64,000 bases of DNA from Tubiluchus corallicola (taxonomy: Eukaryota; Animalia; Priapulida). The notes under the pieces are model-generated. The model saw only the letters and a program-made list of their open reading frames with translations. It did not search any database and was not told the DNA's origin. Below are positions 38,190 to 52,100 of this stretch, one piece after another (position 1 is the stretch's first letter; the number at the start of each line of letters is the position of its first letter). A program made the position numbers and the translations under genes. The stretch spans positions 496,001 to 560,000 of the forward strand of contig JAQGDQ010000056.1 of assembly GCA_030141605.1 (NCBI GenBank), read 5' to 3'.

Positions 38190-41100
38190 ATGATTGACAG
38201 TCACTGTCATCTTGCTGCTAAAGAATTTTTCGTGGTAAGACAGTTATAGTATATGACTGACCTATTTTTCTTAATCCAAATTTTACCGCTTTGGTATTGC
38301 AGAAATGGATTTTGTTCATGTTTGCATGTTTCCACTTTCTTTGCTTTATAACATATCGTGTGTTGAAAAATATTTCCAGGCTAAACTGGAGATAATTGTT
38401 TACATACAGTATAAAGTATACCAAAGTGCTGTGTATGTTTGAAAATGCAGTCTTGGTAAAGTTCTGATGTTTGTTGAGGATAAGGATTTTTAAAATGGTT
38501 TTTGAAGATCTGTTTACCTTGTCTGTCTTTTGTTTGCCATTACTTTTGGATGTTTGTTTTTAGGATATTGAGAAAGTACTTGATGAAGCGATAAAGGTAT
38601 ATGACATACTTGCATTTTAATTCTAACCATATGCTGTGTTCAAATGTTGCAAACATTATTTACTATCCATTCAAAGACGTGTGAAAAATCTGTCACGTTT
38701 TGTTCAAAGTTTGATTACTTTGTTATCATACACGTGCTAGGTAATATAATATTTTATAATGTCCTATGAAATACATTTTTAACCAGTTTCTTCGTTGTCA
38801 AACCAATCATACTTTCAGTAATATTCAATAGCTATTCAGTAATATATGTAAAACTGATAAACATGAATATAAACACAAGTGAAGTCTTTGGTTAGAACTT
38901 AAGATGTTACTTTTCAGGCTGGTGTTAAAGCCTGTCTTGTATGTGCTGAAAATGCTGGTGATTTTGATCGTATTTTGGAACTTAGTGACCGGTAGGTGTC
39001 ATCCTTTTTTAAATTCCTTACTGAAGTATTTGCTGTCAAATATCGAATGGCATTGAATTGAATAACCAACAAGGGTTTTGGCAATATTGTTTGTGATAAG
39101 TTGTATATTTTTACCATACTTGAAAATGCGGTGGCACTGAAAAATCACCTAGTTTTCCTTCAGGGCTTTAACAAAGAGTGAATGAGCCCACTAATGATGC
39201 GAGTGGACACGCTAGTGTGTGCGGAAATACATCCAATCAGCCTTTTGTATTTATTTATTCGTAGACTAACCCAACAATGTTTCAACTTATTAAGAAAAAT
39301 TAGCAATACAAGTTTACTTTAATAATACGAGCTGTATTATTTAACGGAATCTAACTTTTTCAAGGTGATTTTTCAAGGAGTTTGGCATCTTGCATGCTTT
39401 CATACATTGTGTCTCTGACATTTTTAGCATTGTTTGATTTTTCTTAGACATTTGGAGCTGCTGCCATGCTTTGGAGTTCATCCAGTACAGGAGGTTCTTA
39501 CTGATGACGGATCGTTTAAGCAAAGATGTGTTACGTTACAGGTGCTTTTTAAGATTTTTGTTAATTAACTTCCAGTGGGTGACTGTTTAATTTTGTTGGA
39601 AACATCGGTACCATTTTACTAGCTCGTTTTCTGCTATTTGCAGTTATCGTTGTGTCGGAAGGAAATAATTACTGTTTATATTTTGATAAACAGTACCATG
39701 TTGTATGCACCTGCAGATGTCAGGTGGTGGTGATGATGATAGTAAGTCTTGCCGGGTGTGCTTGTTTATAGTAATTGAAGAGATAATGATATTAGTATAC
39801 GCATACTATATGGAAGGTGTAAATTGCCTTTCAATTTATGTTTTTGGTTTTATGTTTAATAGGACCTACATGAGGCACTTCCCTTAATGCGTCAGCATGT
39901 AGATAGACTGTATGCTGTTGGTGAGGTAAGTCCTTTGTGGTCAAAATTGTAGTTCACGATATTTTATGCATTCCTTAGGTTGCAAATAATTTGGCCTAGA
40001 AACCTAAACTCTGACTTTGTTTATTTATTAATCGTTCTGCTTATTCAATAGCAAAATCGCAAATAGAAGTTTTTTCTAGAACAAATGTTCTGTGGGTTTT
40101 GCAGTTCTTTGCAGCAGTCTTGAATGCTCTCTTCATGCCATCTTTTTTGCCATCCATTACTCAGTTATTCTGAAATAGCTTTTCATTCTTTTTTTAACTA
40201 GGGACACATGGCACAGTAATTTTACTGGCGTGAGGTGTCATCCGTGCTTTTGGAGACTATAAAAATTGTATTGTCACAATTTAAGTACTACTGTCTTTAT
40301 GCCAAGTGTCTTTAATTCCTAGTTGATTTATTATTTTGAAATTATTATAGTTGCTCATAATCTTGGATACAGGATATGAAATCTGTAGCATAATGGATCC
40401 AGACATCAGTTTATATCCCGATCAGATTTTTGTTCCAGATATTAATTCTGCTTTTATTGCAAGATTTGGTTTAATTGTTATAATAAAATGTTTTCAAGAT
40501 TAAGCAGCTATTAATACAGCATATGGTAAGCTTGATTAAGAATCGTACAGAAATTGGAGAATTAAAGAGTCAAGTCCACATTGGCTTTTTGTAGACTTTT
40601 ATTGTAATACAGATGTGCTAGTCACCAGTAAATTTTCCTTGAAATAGAAATCATTATAATGACTGATTATATTATGCTAGATTACCTTATGGTAGCACAT
40701 CTGTTTTAGATTGGTCTCGATTTTACCCCCTTCAATGCTCCAACTCACGAACATCGGGACCTTCAGCGACAAATATTTCGTGAACAAATAGACTTTGCCC
40801 AGAAGCACTATCTCCCTCTGTAAGTTATTACATATTTTTTCTTTTATTAATGATAGATAGGTTTCATCTAGTTAGCGTTTTCTGTTCATAAACACATTTG
40901 CAAGGATAGTTTACTTTGAGTTACTATGAGTTATATTATTATTATATATAAATCCTATGATATATTATTTTATATATTCACTTGCTTCATTGTTTGAACT
41001 TAAAATTTATTATTTAGCGTCTGATTGACCAGCAAAATATCATTCCTGTCCAGCTAATTCAACCACCTGCTGGATGGTTTGACTGGCTAATCCCAGCCAT

Positions 41101-44100
41101 GGGATACTTGCATCTGTTTTCCTATCCTAAAGTGTTGATATGCTTTGGGAAACACGATTTGCATTTCAACTCCTTGTTTTAAAATTGGGCTTTTTACCAA
41201 AAAAAAACCTCCATTTTGTTTTTGCTTTTGAGTTTGTTTTCTTTTGTGGAAAAACATGATCTTATTAAATGGCACACTGGTTTTATTAACATTTAATTTT
41301 CTTAGCCAAGAGGGTAAACGTAGGTCATGCCGAGATAGTCTTAAAAAATGAGGCTTTGTTAGTCGTGGTTTTATTAAATGGCAGCTATTTTACTGTTATT
41401 TTTTATCATTGTTTTGCAACACATAACCTTTGTAAAAAATTAAATAACCTTTTTGTTATTTAATTTTTTACAAACTTTCTTCTTCAATATCACTAAACAA
41501 TGTCGCAAAATGTTTTGAGTAGTATGCATTTAGTTAAGAAACTATCTGAATCATATATAAACTTGCAAAAAACAAAAATTTGAAGTTAATAACTGTCTGG
41601 CAAAATGTTTTGTACCCTTGAAAAATTCCAATAATATTTTACTGTCTTGTTACTGTTAATAAGCCCGAACAAGACACATGTCCTGTCACTATTTTAAAAT
41701 ATGTTAAGCCCTAATAAACACATTTGTCTGTATTGTAATAAAAGTTGTCTGAATAGCCTATATACATTTCCTGCAGTAGCTGATCCTGTGTGCTTACAGC
41801 AAATAATTATATTCTGATGAGCTCATTGCGACAGTCTTGCTTTTTGTTGAAAATTTTAGTTTCCTGACTACAGTGTTCTTTTTTCCCCTTTACATAATTT
41901 TGAGATCAGTGCTGGAATTCCTATCTCCATTTGCAGATTTCAGATTTGTCCATATGAATTTAAGATCACTCAGATCAGCTTCAGAAATTTCCAAGTAAAT
42001 TTCAATTTTGTCCTAATGAATTTCAGACTTGTTCAGATGGATTTCAAATTAAGCCTGCTGTGTATTAGGTAATATGATGCTGATCATTTTAAAAAATGTG
42101 AAAACAGAATTGCTGTTAATCATTGAAAATTCTATGTAATTGCTTTTATCAAGTTGTCTGTAGATTTTATAATACTAAGTACCACGTAATAGGGCCAATA
42201 GCTTTGGTTTATTCTTGTTTAATCATTAAAATGTTTTGTTGAAAAATTTTATGTTGTTCATCAGAAGTAAATCAAATAAATAATTTAGAAATTACATTAG
42301 TTCAATACACATATTGGCATTAAGGATTTTTTAATTAAGTGAAGTGAATTTTTATACAAGTAAAACAAGAAAAAAATATAATACTGTACAATATAATACT
42401 TTTATTTTGTTGTTGCTGAATTTTTTGCCACTCCCTCTTTCCACATCCCATCTATTTGTTATTCAACTTATATGCTGTCTTTTGTTTAATGCTCTGCTGT
42501 CATGCCATTTGTCTGCTGTTTACCCTTTGTTTGCACATGTTACAATTCTTTCTTTGCCATTCGTGGATTTTCGAAAATAAAAAGACTGCGACTTAATGTA
42601 TGATAGGTAGCTGGTAAATGGTACTAGAGTGCAAAAAGTACCCGTAGAATGTAGGATGCTAAAAGTAACTGCCCCAAGTTCTCAATTATTGCTTATAAGC
42701 AATAAACAAAGTTCTAATTGACTCGAACAAACCTGGAATTGATTTTGAAACATCTGAAAATGACTTAGACAAATGCGACATTCGTTTGAAAATGCCTGAA
42801 GTAGAGATGAAAAATTTGAAATTGATCTGGACATTTCAGAAGTAGATGTAAAAAAAGTTTGCAAGGAATGCTTTTTAATGGAATTTTGCCAGTGCTCATG
42901 TTACATTTCTGCCTGCTTATAATATTGCGTAGTTTATGGGCAACATCAATAGAAATTTTTTTAGATTTTTGCAACATGGTAGATTCTCAATAGAATCTTG
43001 CTAGTTTTGTGAACCAGTTGTCTTACACTCTAACATTTTCTGTGTTTTCTCTGTATTACATAAAACTTATAATTGTCATTTTTAATTGTTGAGCAATATA
43101 GTTTATTGTTGTTTTGTTTTTTAGAAGTTGTCATTCTAGGTCAGCAGGAAAACCGACGATTGAAGTTCTAAAACAGTCTGGTGTGCAAAATGTTTTACTT
43201 CATGCATTTGATGGTAACTGGAAAGCGGCAATGCAGGGTGTTCAGCTTGGTTATTATTTTTCAGTGCCACCATCTGTAGTGAGGAGTGAACAGGTATAAT
43301 AGTTAAATGTCCCCTAAACATTTACTTCGGTCTTATTTACATAAAATATTTTGTTTTTGTTAGTGTCTTGTTATACTTTGAGGTTGAATGCATCATAAAA
43401 ATTTACTTTGGTTTATGCTGAGAAATTGTTATGTGATGCTTAGCAACGGGCATCTCATTAACCACCTTTGCCACAGATTCCACTGATTCCATTTTTTCAT
43501 TTTGCTTAATTGCAAGGTGTGTGATAATTTCTTTTTTCATATTACACCCAATTACTAATTTAAATCTTTTTGAAAGAACTATGATCCAGCAATAAAGTAA
43601 TATGAAGAAAATTTCTAAACGATTTCAAGCAAGCAAGGTTGTTAAAACGAATTAACTCATGCTGTAAATTTCTGCACATTACTTCTGACAAAATAAAAAC
43701 TGTACAAACCGTTTTATGCATCCTTGCTATCAAAGTTCTACTTCACTTTTGATTAAGGATGACACTGATAAAATCGTAAAAAAATTTCTTGATGACTAAA
43801 GATTGCCTTTATGAAGATATTGCACAGTCAGTAATTATTTAATTTATTTATGCAGTTTGCACAACCTTTAGGAATCCTCTTTTGTAGTTAAACAAAATTT
43901 AAATTTTGTTAGTTGATTGTTGTGATAACTGTGTGTGTGATGCAGCAGTTACTAAGTGGTCTCATCGTACAGAAGTATCTGAAACTTCTGACTAGAGCAT
44001 TTTCTTTATATTTATGTGCTGATTAATATAATAACACATATTTTACTTTTACGAGATTTATTTCTCTGATTGTTCTGCCACTTGTTATGTTTATAATATT

Positions 44101-46508
44101 TTCAGAAGCAGAAACTGGTAGAAAAAGTTCCTTTAGACAATTTATTGTTAGAAACTGACTCTCCGGCTCTTGGTCCAGCAAAACAGGTTACTATTATTTC
44201 CTTATTATTTAACAAACTTAATGACATTACTAATATGCTAAACATTAATACATGCTGAATGCAGTAGCATTCATTGTATCAAATGCCCTGTTTGTTAATA
44301 GGAGCTTCGTTGTTACGACCTGCATTTTATGTGCTGGATATTGAGGTCTAATTTAATATTAACAAAGCTGCCACTGTAGTCCTGAAGATATTAAAACATA
44401 TTCCACAATATCAAGTTAATTACAATAGTGATTATTAATACAGCATTAAGAACATCACTGCTTTATAATTGCTGTTGCTTCCAAATGATGCACGAGTGAT
44501 ATAAACAAGTGGTGTAGTCAGTTCTGCTTGAACTGATGCCTAACTTTTCTTGCATCTTAAAACCAGTGTGCAGTAAAAATGGCACAGGTAAATTGGCAGA
44601 TATGTTATAGTGATGCAATTGATCCGAACAATCCTAATAATGTTTGTCTGATTCTTTTAATTAAAATATTTTAATACAAGATAAACAAGCAAACATACTA
44701 AAATATGCCGGTATTATAAAGACTAGCAAATGTCTCGCAAAATATTTGTTCACTAAATAGATTTATGATCAATAATGAACAAATGTTCTACATGGTGTTT
44801 TTCTACCTTTTTTAATCATTTAGTTTGTCGATGGTAATTGACTGAGAAATATATATGCATTTACATGCCAAGTCACCTTATAAGGCTATACACATTAATT
44901 TGCAAAGGTTATAGACAGCATTACACGGTTTTACAAATTAGAATTTCTCGAAATGGAACTGGAACTTACTGAAAGTATGTTGTTTGTCTAGATGGAGATA
45001 ACAAAAAAGAGGTACTTAATATTTCTCTCAGACTTCCAAGAAGTGTTTCGCGTATGTTTTTCTTTTGTACGTGGTGTTCAGTCAAGTTATGCGAAAAAAG
45101 AACAGGCGAAAAGATTCTCATTTTGGCACTCAATTCCGTCTTCTCCACAATGTTTCATGGAAACCTATTAGATACTTGTTGCGTAATAGGCTTACTGCTA
45201 TAGCAGGCAAAAGACAACCAAACAGACAAACAAACAAACAAGCAAACAAACTGTATTGAAGCATAATTTCGTTGGCAGAGGCAAAAATAATTAAAATAGT
45301 TATTCCCTACTATAATCCGAACTCTAAACTCATATTTTACTAAGTGTACCATTTTTTTCCTGTGCCATTTTCTATCTACTTTCAATTTGTGCCATTTTTT
45401 CTTGTGCCATTTTTACTTACATTCCTTAGAACCATTGAGACAATTGTTCTTTCCACTGTATTTTTGCCTTTCAATGCGTCGTTAGAATCAAACTAAAATA
45501 ATAGAAACAAGTGCAGTAAAGCTCAAGGGAAAAATTACCGATTGTGTTAAGATGAGAGGAAAGCTACATTAATATTTTTAAAATTTAAATTTTAAACTTG
45601 CCGCAATAGCCAAACAAGTAACCATGAATTTAGGTAGATTTTACCAAATGGTCTTACCAGTCCTATCCTACAAAATGTAGACATCAGTGTTCATTAATGT
45701 TGGGTCTGGAAATACATATACATATTTCTTTTAATATCATGGTGCGGGTCCTGTCACTAGAGGCTATAATACCAGAATTCACTGCCATGTGACTGAGTAT
45801 CAAACAGTTGTTATCATTCATAGGAACACACCATATTTAATGCATTTGTTGCTGGTATACTGCTAGGCAGTTGATGTAGTCTGCTTATTGTCTAGTCACC
45901 AATTTTTTTATTATATGGTTTTACCCATTTAATCTGATAGAACAGTAAAGGAATACAGTATTTAAAGAAGAAGTTTAATGTTAGTTCTGTTGTGGCCTGT
46001 TATTATTTGTTATTTAGCCCCGTTATAAATAGAGCTTGTTTAATTTGTTTCATGTGGAAGCCAGGTACATAATAGTGATATAGCATGTAATCGCTTGGAT
46101 AATTCTCAAATGGATAATTAAGAGTACGCAGTATTGAATTTGTTTTTGTGGTTCTCTTTGTTATTCTAATAAAACCTAGAATAGTAGAAATATATTAAAG
46201 TTGAAATACAGGAGTTGTTATGGCTTTAGAGCACGAGTGGGTCTGGTGGATACTATTATACATTAGTGCTGCTATTTTTTTGTAAAGTTCTACAACATGA
46301 GGATTCTTTAATGAGAAAAAAGTGATTGAATTTTTAGTGAGTTAATTAACGATTTCTATTTTAGGAAAGAAATGTGCCTGCTAATATTCGAGTATCTTGC
46401 GAGTACATTGCAAAAATCAAAGGAATTTCCATTGATACAGTTATGGAAGTCACAACGACAAATGCACTTAAACTATTCCCCAAACTAAAAGGACTAATTA
46501 TACTATGA
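38190..46508 (+). CDS. TATDN3: Gene D: TatD DNase domain-containing protein 3, about 270 aa. Exons: 38190-38234 (alternative ATG 38178), 38564-38596, 38918-38991, 39448-39541, 39863-39925, 40710-40819, 43125-43293, 44106-44186, 46365-46508
   Basis: Spliced product has the TatD motifs [91 protein letters not shown]. 813 nt in frame to TGA. Confidence 0.93.
44566..45425. mobile_element. Mutator-like non-autonomous element in the last TATDN3 intron
   Basis: Left agtaaaaatggcaca versus right tgtgccatttttact, with several tgtgccatttt subterminal copies; 9-bp flanks ttaaaacca (44557-44565) and ttagaacca (45426-45434). Confidence 0.65.
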
Positions 46509-47689
46509 CTGTTCATTTCTACACCCGAGAAGGCATCCGTTTATGGCTTGCAAATAAGTAAGTTTAGAAAGTTTTAATTTCACCTGTTTAAAACCATGCA
46601 CTTTTTATTAAAACTACACAGATATAGATGCTGGTGTTTTCTATTAAGTATTTCTTATAAAACATTTGTATTTTTGCGAGTTAGATAGGTTTATGTAGTA
46701 ACATGCAGTCCAGATTGACATAAATATTATTTAATCAATTATTAACTGAGCAAGTTAAGACAGAATGAAGTGGTTTCCGAAAGTTAAAACTTTTCTAAGA
46801 TTAATTCTGGGATTGATGGCAGAATTTCCATACACAACTAGACAGCTATTTATTTAATGTTAGTGTATGTATATATATCACATGTAATATGTGTATATCA
46901 CATTTAGACGCTATATGGCTAATGAGCTCTAATACAAAAAATGTCCAGTCAGTGTCAAAACCAAGCAGTAGACTATTCTAGATGTTTATTTCTTCAATTC
47001 TATTGCTGTTCCATCTTTGCCTTGATATTGTGGCTGGTCTTCTGTGTGAATGTATAGCATCTGAAGCTCTATGCTGATTTTGTTAAACTGCATTACTGCT
47101 ACTCGCCACAAACTGATGTTTACAACCAATGTTATTATTACCGGAGTCTAGTGAAATATGATTGACATTACAGAAATATAGGAAATATTTCTAGAGAAAT
47201 TATATTAAAGTTTCCTTGTTAGTTGTGATATTACTGTTGCAAATGCAATAAAAGCCGAGCAACTGAATGACCAGATGGCTAGGATCATCTAGAATATTCT
47301 TGTGTTAGTGTTTTGTTGTGCATACTCTAGCGGCCTCTTGATCAGTAGAAGAGGCATGCAGAAGGGGAGACAGAGGGTGTGGTGGCCCAGGCATCCATAT
47401 CGGGAGGGCTTTAATTAAAGAGTGAAATAAAAATTTAGTTTTTGAAATTTAAATTGTCAAATTGTCTTGTACATTATGTCTTGTACATTATTACATTGTA
47501 GTATTATGTCTTGCACATGTAAAACCTTGAAAAATTCAGTTGGTTTTAAGTGCTTGTTTATTCTAATTTCTTAGTTGTTTTTTGTACTTTTAGAAACTTA
47601 GAAGAAAAATTCAAACTCACTGTTCTGCGTTTTCACAGCTGGTAACTTCCTCTGTCGCTAATGCATTTTACATTACTGAAGTGGGATTA

Positions 47690-47858
47690 AAAATATTCAG
47701 GGATTTGTACACATTTAAATGCTCTTTATGCCTTTACTTGGTAGGCTTTGTTGCAATTTTCAAGCTTTTATCGAAAATATTCAGGGATTTGTAGCACCTT
47801 TAATGGTTCTTTATGCCTTTACTTAGTAGGCTTTGTTTCAATTTTCAAGCTTTTATCG
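47690..47858. repeat. ~85-bp tandem duplication
   Basis: aaaatattcagggatttgta...caagcttttatcg occurs twice (47690-47773, 47774-47858). Confidence 0.85.
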
Positions 47859-49122
47859 TAACTGGATTGCCAATATTCTGTAGCGGCTAAAGCATGTCGC
47901 ATAATACATATTACTACACCGAGTCATTAATTGGACCGATTTTTATATTTCATCATATTTAAAATTCTGTAATTTGTATTTTGAAAGTTGAAGTACTTTG
48001 ACACTATCATCTCACTTGAAATTGAAATTTTATATGGTAATGAACCTTCTGTTTTGTATGTAAATCACAACCCTAGGTAATAAAAAATAGGTCAGGTAAT
48101 TTTAATAAAAAAACTGATTTTGTACTTTTCTTATCGCTGTTAGTCAACACTTAACGAACTTTAGTACCATTAGTTCATTGAAATTCTACACAGTTGTGCC
48201 CAAGTTTGATGGGTAGAGTTTGACCTAAGTGTGTTAGATTCATGACTTTTTTAAGGATGTAGGATTTTGTATGAGCAAAATTGAAATGGTTTTGGAACCG
48301 TAACACGTGTTACTTTAAACCGAATTTTTTGTAATTTAGTGTTGTAATAGTTCATAATAAAGGTCAAGTTATTCACATAAGGTAATATCTTTAATCCCGT
48401 GTGACTCCAATTTGCCAAATTAGTATCAGGGAAGCAGAGTCCAGCCATTGTTCTATTTATTGTTAAAAATATTCATGGTAGAGGAGAAAAACAAAGTGTT
48501 AATTAAATAGTTGCTTAAGAGCAGAAAGTATCATAGACACACGTTCATTTTATTATTGTAATTAATATGTGCAATAGTTATCCACTTTTGATAAAACATA
48601 ATCTTTGTAATATATATATATATATATGTGTGTATATAGATTATACACATAGGTTATAGGTATTACTAAATAAAATGGATCTCATAAGTTTCAAAACAAA
48701 ATTACATGCAAAAGCATACATTATACCTGCATCATCCATATCATTTTTTATCATCTAACTTAAATTCTTAAAAGTGCAGAATTGCAAATGGCAAGTTAGT
48801 ACATCAGAGATTTTTATTCAGGGAATCAGTTAACTGTCAGCAAATTAAAAGTTACTAATTCTTTTTCCTAACAATCGGGCACATATTGATTGCCTAAATG
48901 AGATTGCAGGAATAATCAAAATAGCTACGACAGACACTAAAAACATGATCTTTTCCAACACGCACTCTACTGTGAATTTCAAAAAGTGAACCTGTTCTAG
49001 TGTAGAAACTGCAAAGTATATTTTTTCAGGATAAGAGCATCGACTAATTATATATTTATGTTGAATCAGAATGCTTGTTTTCCTGTTTTATAATTAACAC
49101 TTGAGTGCTTTTGATCTGGAAG

Positions 49123-52100
49123 TCACTGTGAAAGGCAAGTGCTCGCACAATCACCTTTTGATAAAAAGTTGTTACCATTTCCGCCACAACCGCTGTACTC
49201 AAAGCGTTTACATTCTCTTGTGTGCGAATCGTAGAACCAGCGCTCCCATTTTCCATAGCATTTACCATAATCAGGCATATTGAGACAGAACAAAAATCGT
49301 GGCTCATTTTGTGTGGTGTTGCTACATCGTTCTGTGCAAGCATCTTGTGTCTTGAAGTTATTTGCATTGCCTCCACAGCCTCCATATACAAATTTTTCAC
49401 AATGGTAACTGGTTGTATTAAAGAACCAGCGAGTTACTTTATCACCGCATGGTCCTTTTTTAATTGGCATCTTACAATGAGCTGAAAATGAATATTTATA
49501 ATGTGATGTAAGTTTATAAACTCTTGTTATTTTTAGTGCTGCACCAGTATGACAGATGAAACTGTACAGAAGCCGTTTTCTCAACACCCAACCATTCTTC
49601 CATTAGCTAGGACCTACTTAATCTCATTAGTTATGCATATCATGTAACTGTAGTTTCAGCCGTAAAGCGACAGCATGCTAAAGCTTACATTTTACATACA
49701 ATCCTATCCTGTTATGTCCTGTTTAATTTCATTAGTGATGCAAATCCGGTAACTATAGTTGTAGTTGTAAAGTGACAGCATGCTAAAGTTTACATTTTAT
49801 ATACAATCCTATCCTGGTAGGATTTTTGGTAAGCATATGTATATTATACAAATATATTTAATGGTTGCCAGTGAGTAACCAACATTAAAATTGTTTCTTA
49901 GTTTTTGTTTTATCAGCTTCTCCTGTTGTCACACCAAAGCAAATCACTCCAAACAAACCAGGAGGCACTCAAGGTAAGGGCTGCAGTTAAAAAGCGAAAA
50001 TACAAATACAGTTCCAGAAAAAGGGGGTTTTGATAAGAGGTGTGGGCAGATGTTCCAAAAATGATATTGTCCCAATTTATCAGAAAAACTGATATCTGGT
50101 AATGAATTCCATAGGTAAGAGAGAGTCAAGAGCAGCAGAAAAATAAATAAATCCTCATTTAGTATGTATTTAAAGACCTCATTGATTACTACTAGTGTAG
50201 ACTTGGACTTGTACTATATTACCAATTTGTCGATGCATAGTTTCAATAAGTTTCAATAAGTAAATTTCTACCAGCGGCATGGTGTTAACAAGGTACGGCA
50301 ACAGTAATGCTTTCTTTAATGATACATACTTAAAGTTGAGTGAGTGAGTGAGTGAGTGAGCTAGTGAGAGAGAGAGAGAGTGAGAAGTGCTGCAGTGTAC
50401 AAGTTACAACAAGCAAAATGCTCATTAATCATCAATAAATTGGTTATGTTTTGGCCAGCTTTGTAGCATCTTAGTATCATTAAATACAGCAATGATAAAA
50501 AAATTTACCTGGTATAAATAAAGTGTCATCCATTTGCTTTTTGCTCTCTGAAAATAAATATTAATACTATCAAAAACCAGTAAGAAAGATCAATGTTTTT
50601 TACTTTTCTTAAAGCCATGTTATCTAGGATGGCAACCATTACAGTTTTTGTACTAATGTAACAAACTTTCTGTTCCTGAGTCTTGCAAACTGGTTTGTGA
50701 AATGTTTAAAATATTTGTTTGAAATGTACTTTTTGGATTTCCTGTTTCCTGACGGAGTAGGGGAATATTTTAGGGAAGAGAGGGTAAAGGTGTGCGTAGG
50801 CAGTAACAAGAAAGAACTAATATAGAAATGTATTACTGATATTTTACAAATTACAAAAAACTGCCAAAAGTGAAAGGTCATTTGCACTTGGGAAGCATTT
50901 AATTTTGAATACTGTGATGATTAATAAAGCTGTGCAGCTGCAAGCATTTATTAGTTGTTTTCTAGTGAAGATAGCGACTGAGCTGCCTATTAAGCTAAAC
51001 GTAATTAGGATACGTTTCACGTAAGTGTTACAGGTGGAGTGACTTAATCTTTATTGTTTTTGACAGAACAAAAACCACCAATTTTTGGCTACTGATACAT
51101 AAATAGAAAGTGGTTTAAAATAATGTTATCACATTTCCACATTTATTTCCCGAATTACTTTGCAAACAAAAATAATTTGCAGAAACGTTATTTTTATAAG
51201 GGAATGAGCTGTATAGTGGTAAATTATACGTACACTTACGAGACGGTACTTCTACACAAATGTATTCGCATCCAGCCCGACCTGTCCAACAACATTGCTG
51301 ATTATCTCCAAATCTTTCGCAGTGAGAGTTATCATTGCAAACAACTTCTTGTCGGTTTGGACATGCTTCGAGAGTGGACAAATCAGGACATTGACCTTCT
51401 GTGCAAAGAAAATTATATTTTTTGCTAATAAAACTAACTGAAAAAGCCTTTCTAGGTTCTGCGATATTGAACACTGTTATTATTCAAGAAACAAGATGTA
51501 GCAGTTTTTGCCAAGTTGGTAAGCATTTATAAGGCCCATCTGACTGTGCGCTTTACTGGAATTAACCGTGGTAAACTTGCCATGCTTTTCACACCAAGTC
51601 CTGCCTGGGACTATTCTCAGTTTATGCTCTGTCTGGGTTCGTCAAGTTCAACGTTTTTGAATTAAAACAAGGGGCTGACCTCATTCTCAACTTGGTTCTT
51701 CCATAAAGCAAGCAGTCTTTGCAATGCAGATCAGACATCATTAGCTTACACAAAACACTTATGTTATATTAAAATTTGATATAAATTACAGTGCTGAACA
51801 ACTTAACTTAACACAAACTATGTAAGCACAATGCCCCTGTTGCAAAAGTAAATTACATTTAAAATAACATTGAGTTACAGTTTATTATATATTTTTAGTT
51901 TGATCATGCACGTATGCCTTACCAATTACAAAAGGCGTCATTCTGTTTCCCCCTCCAACAACAACATCACTACCTGGAAGCGTGAGATACTATTAGTTGC
52001 GAAATAACATTAGCTTGTTAATTTGGCATACAGTGGTTAGCTGATAATAAGAAAGCAACTCCAATTCACCAAACGTGCTTAATGTTAATTTATGAATGCA

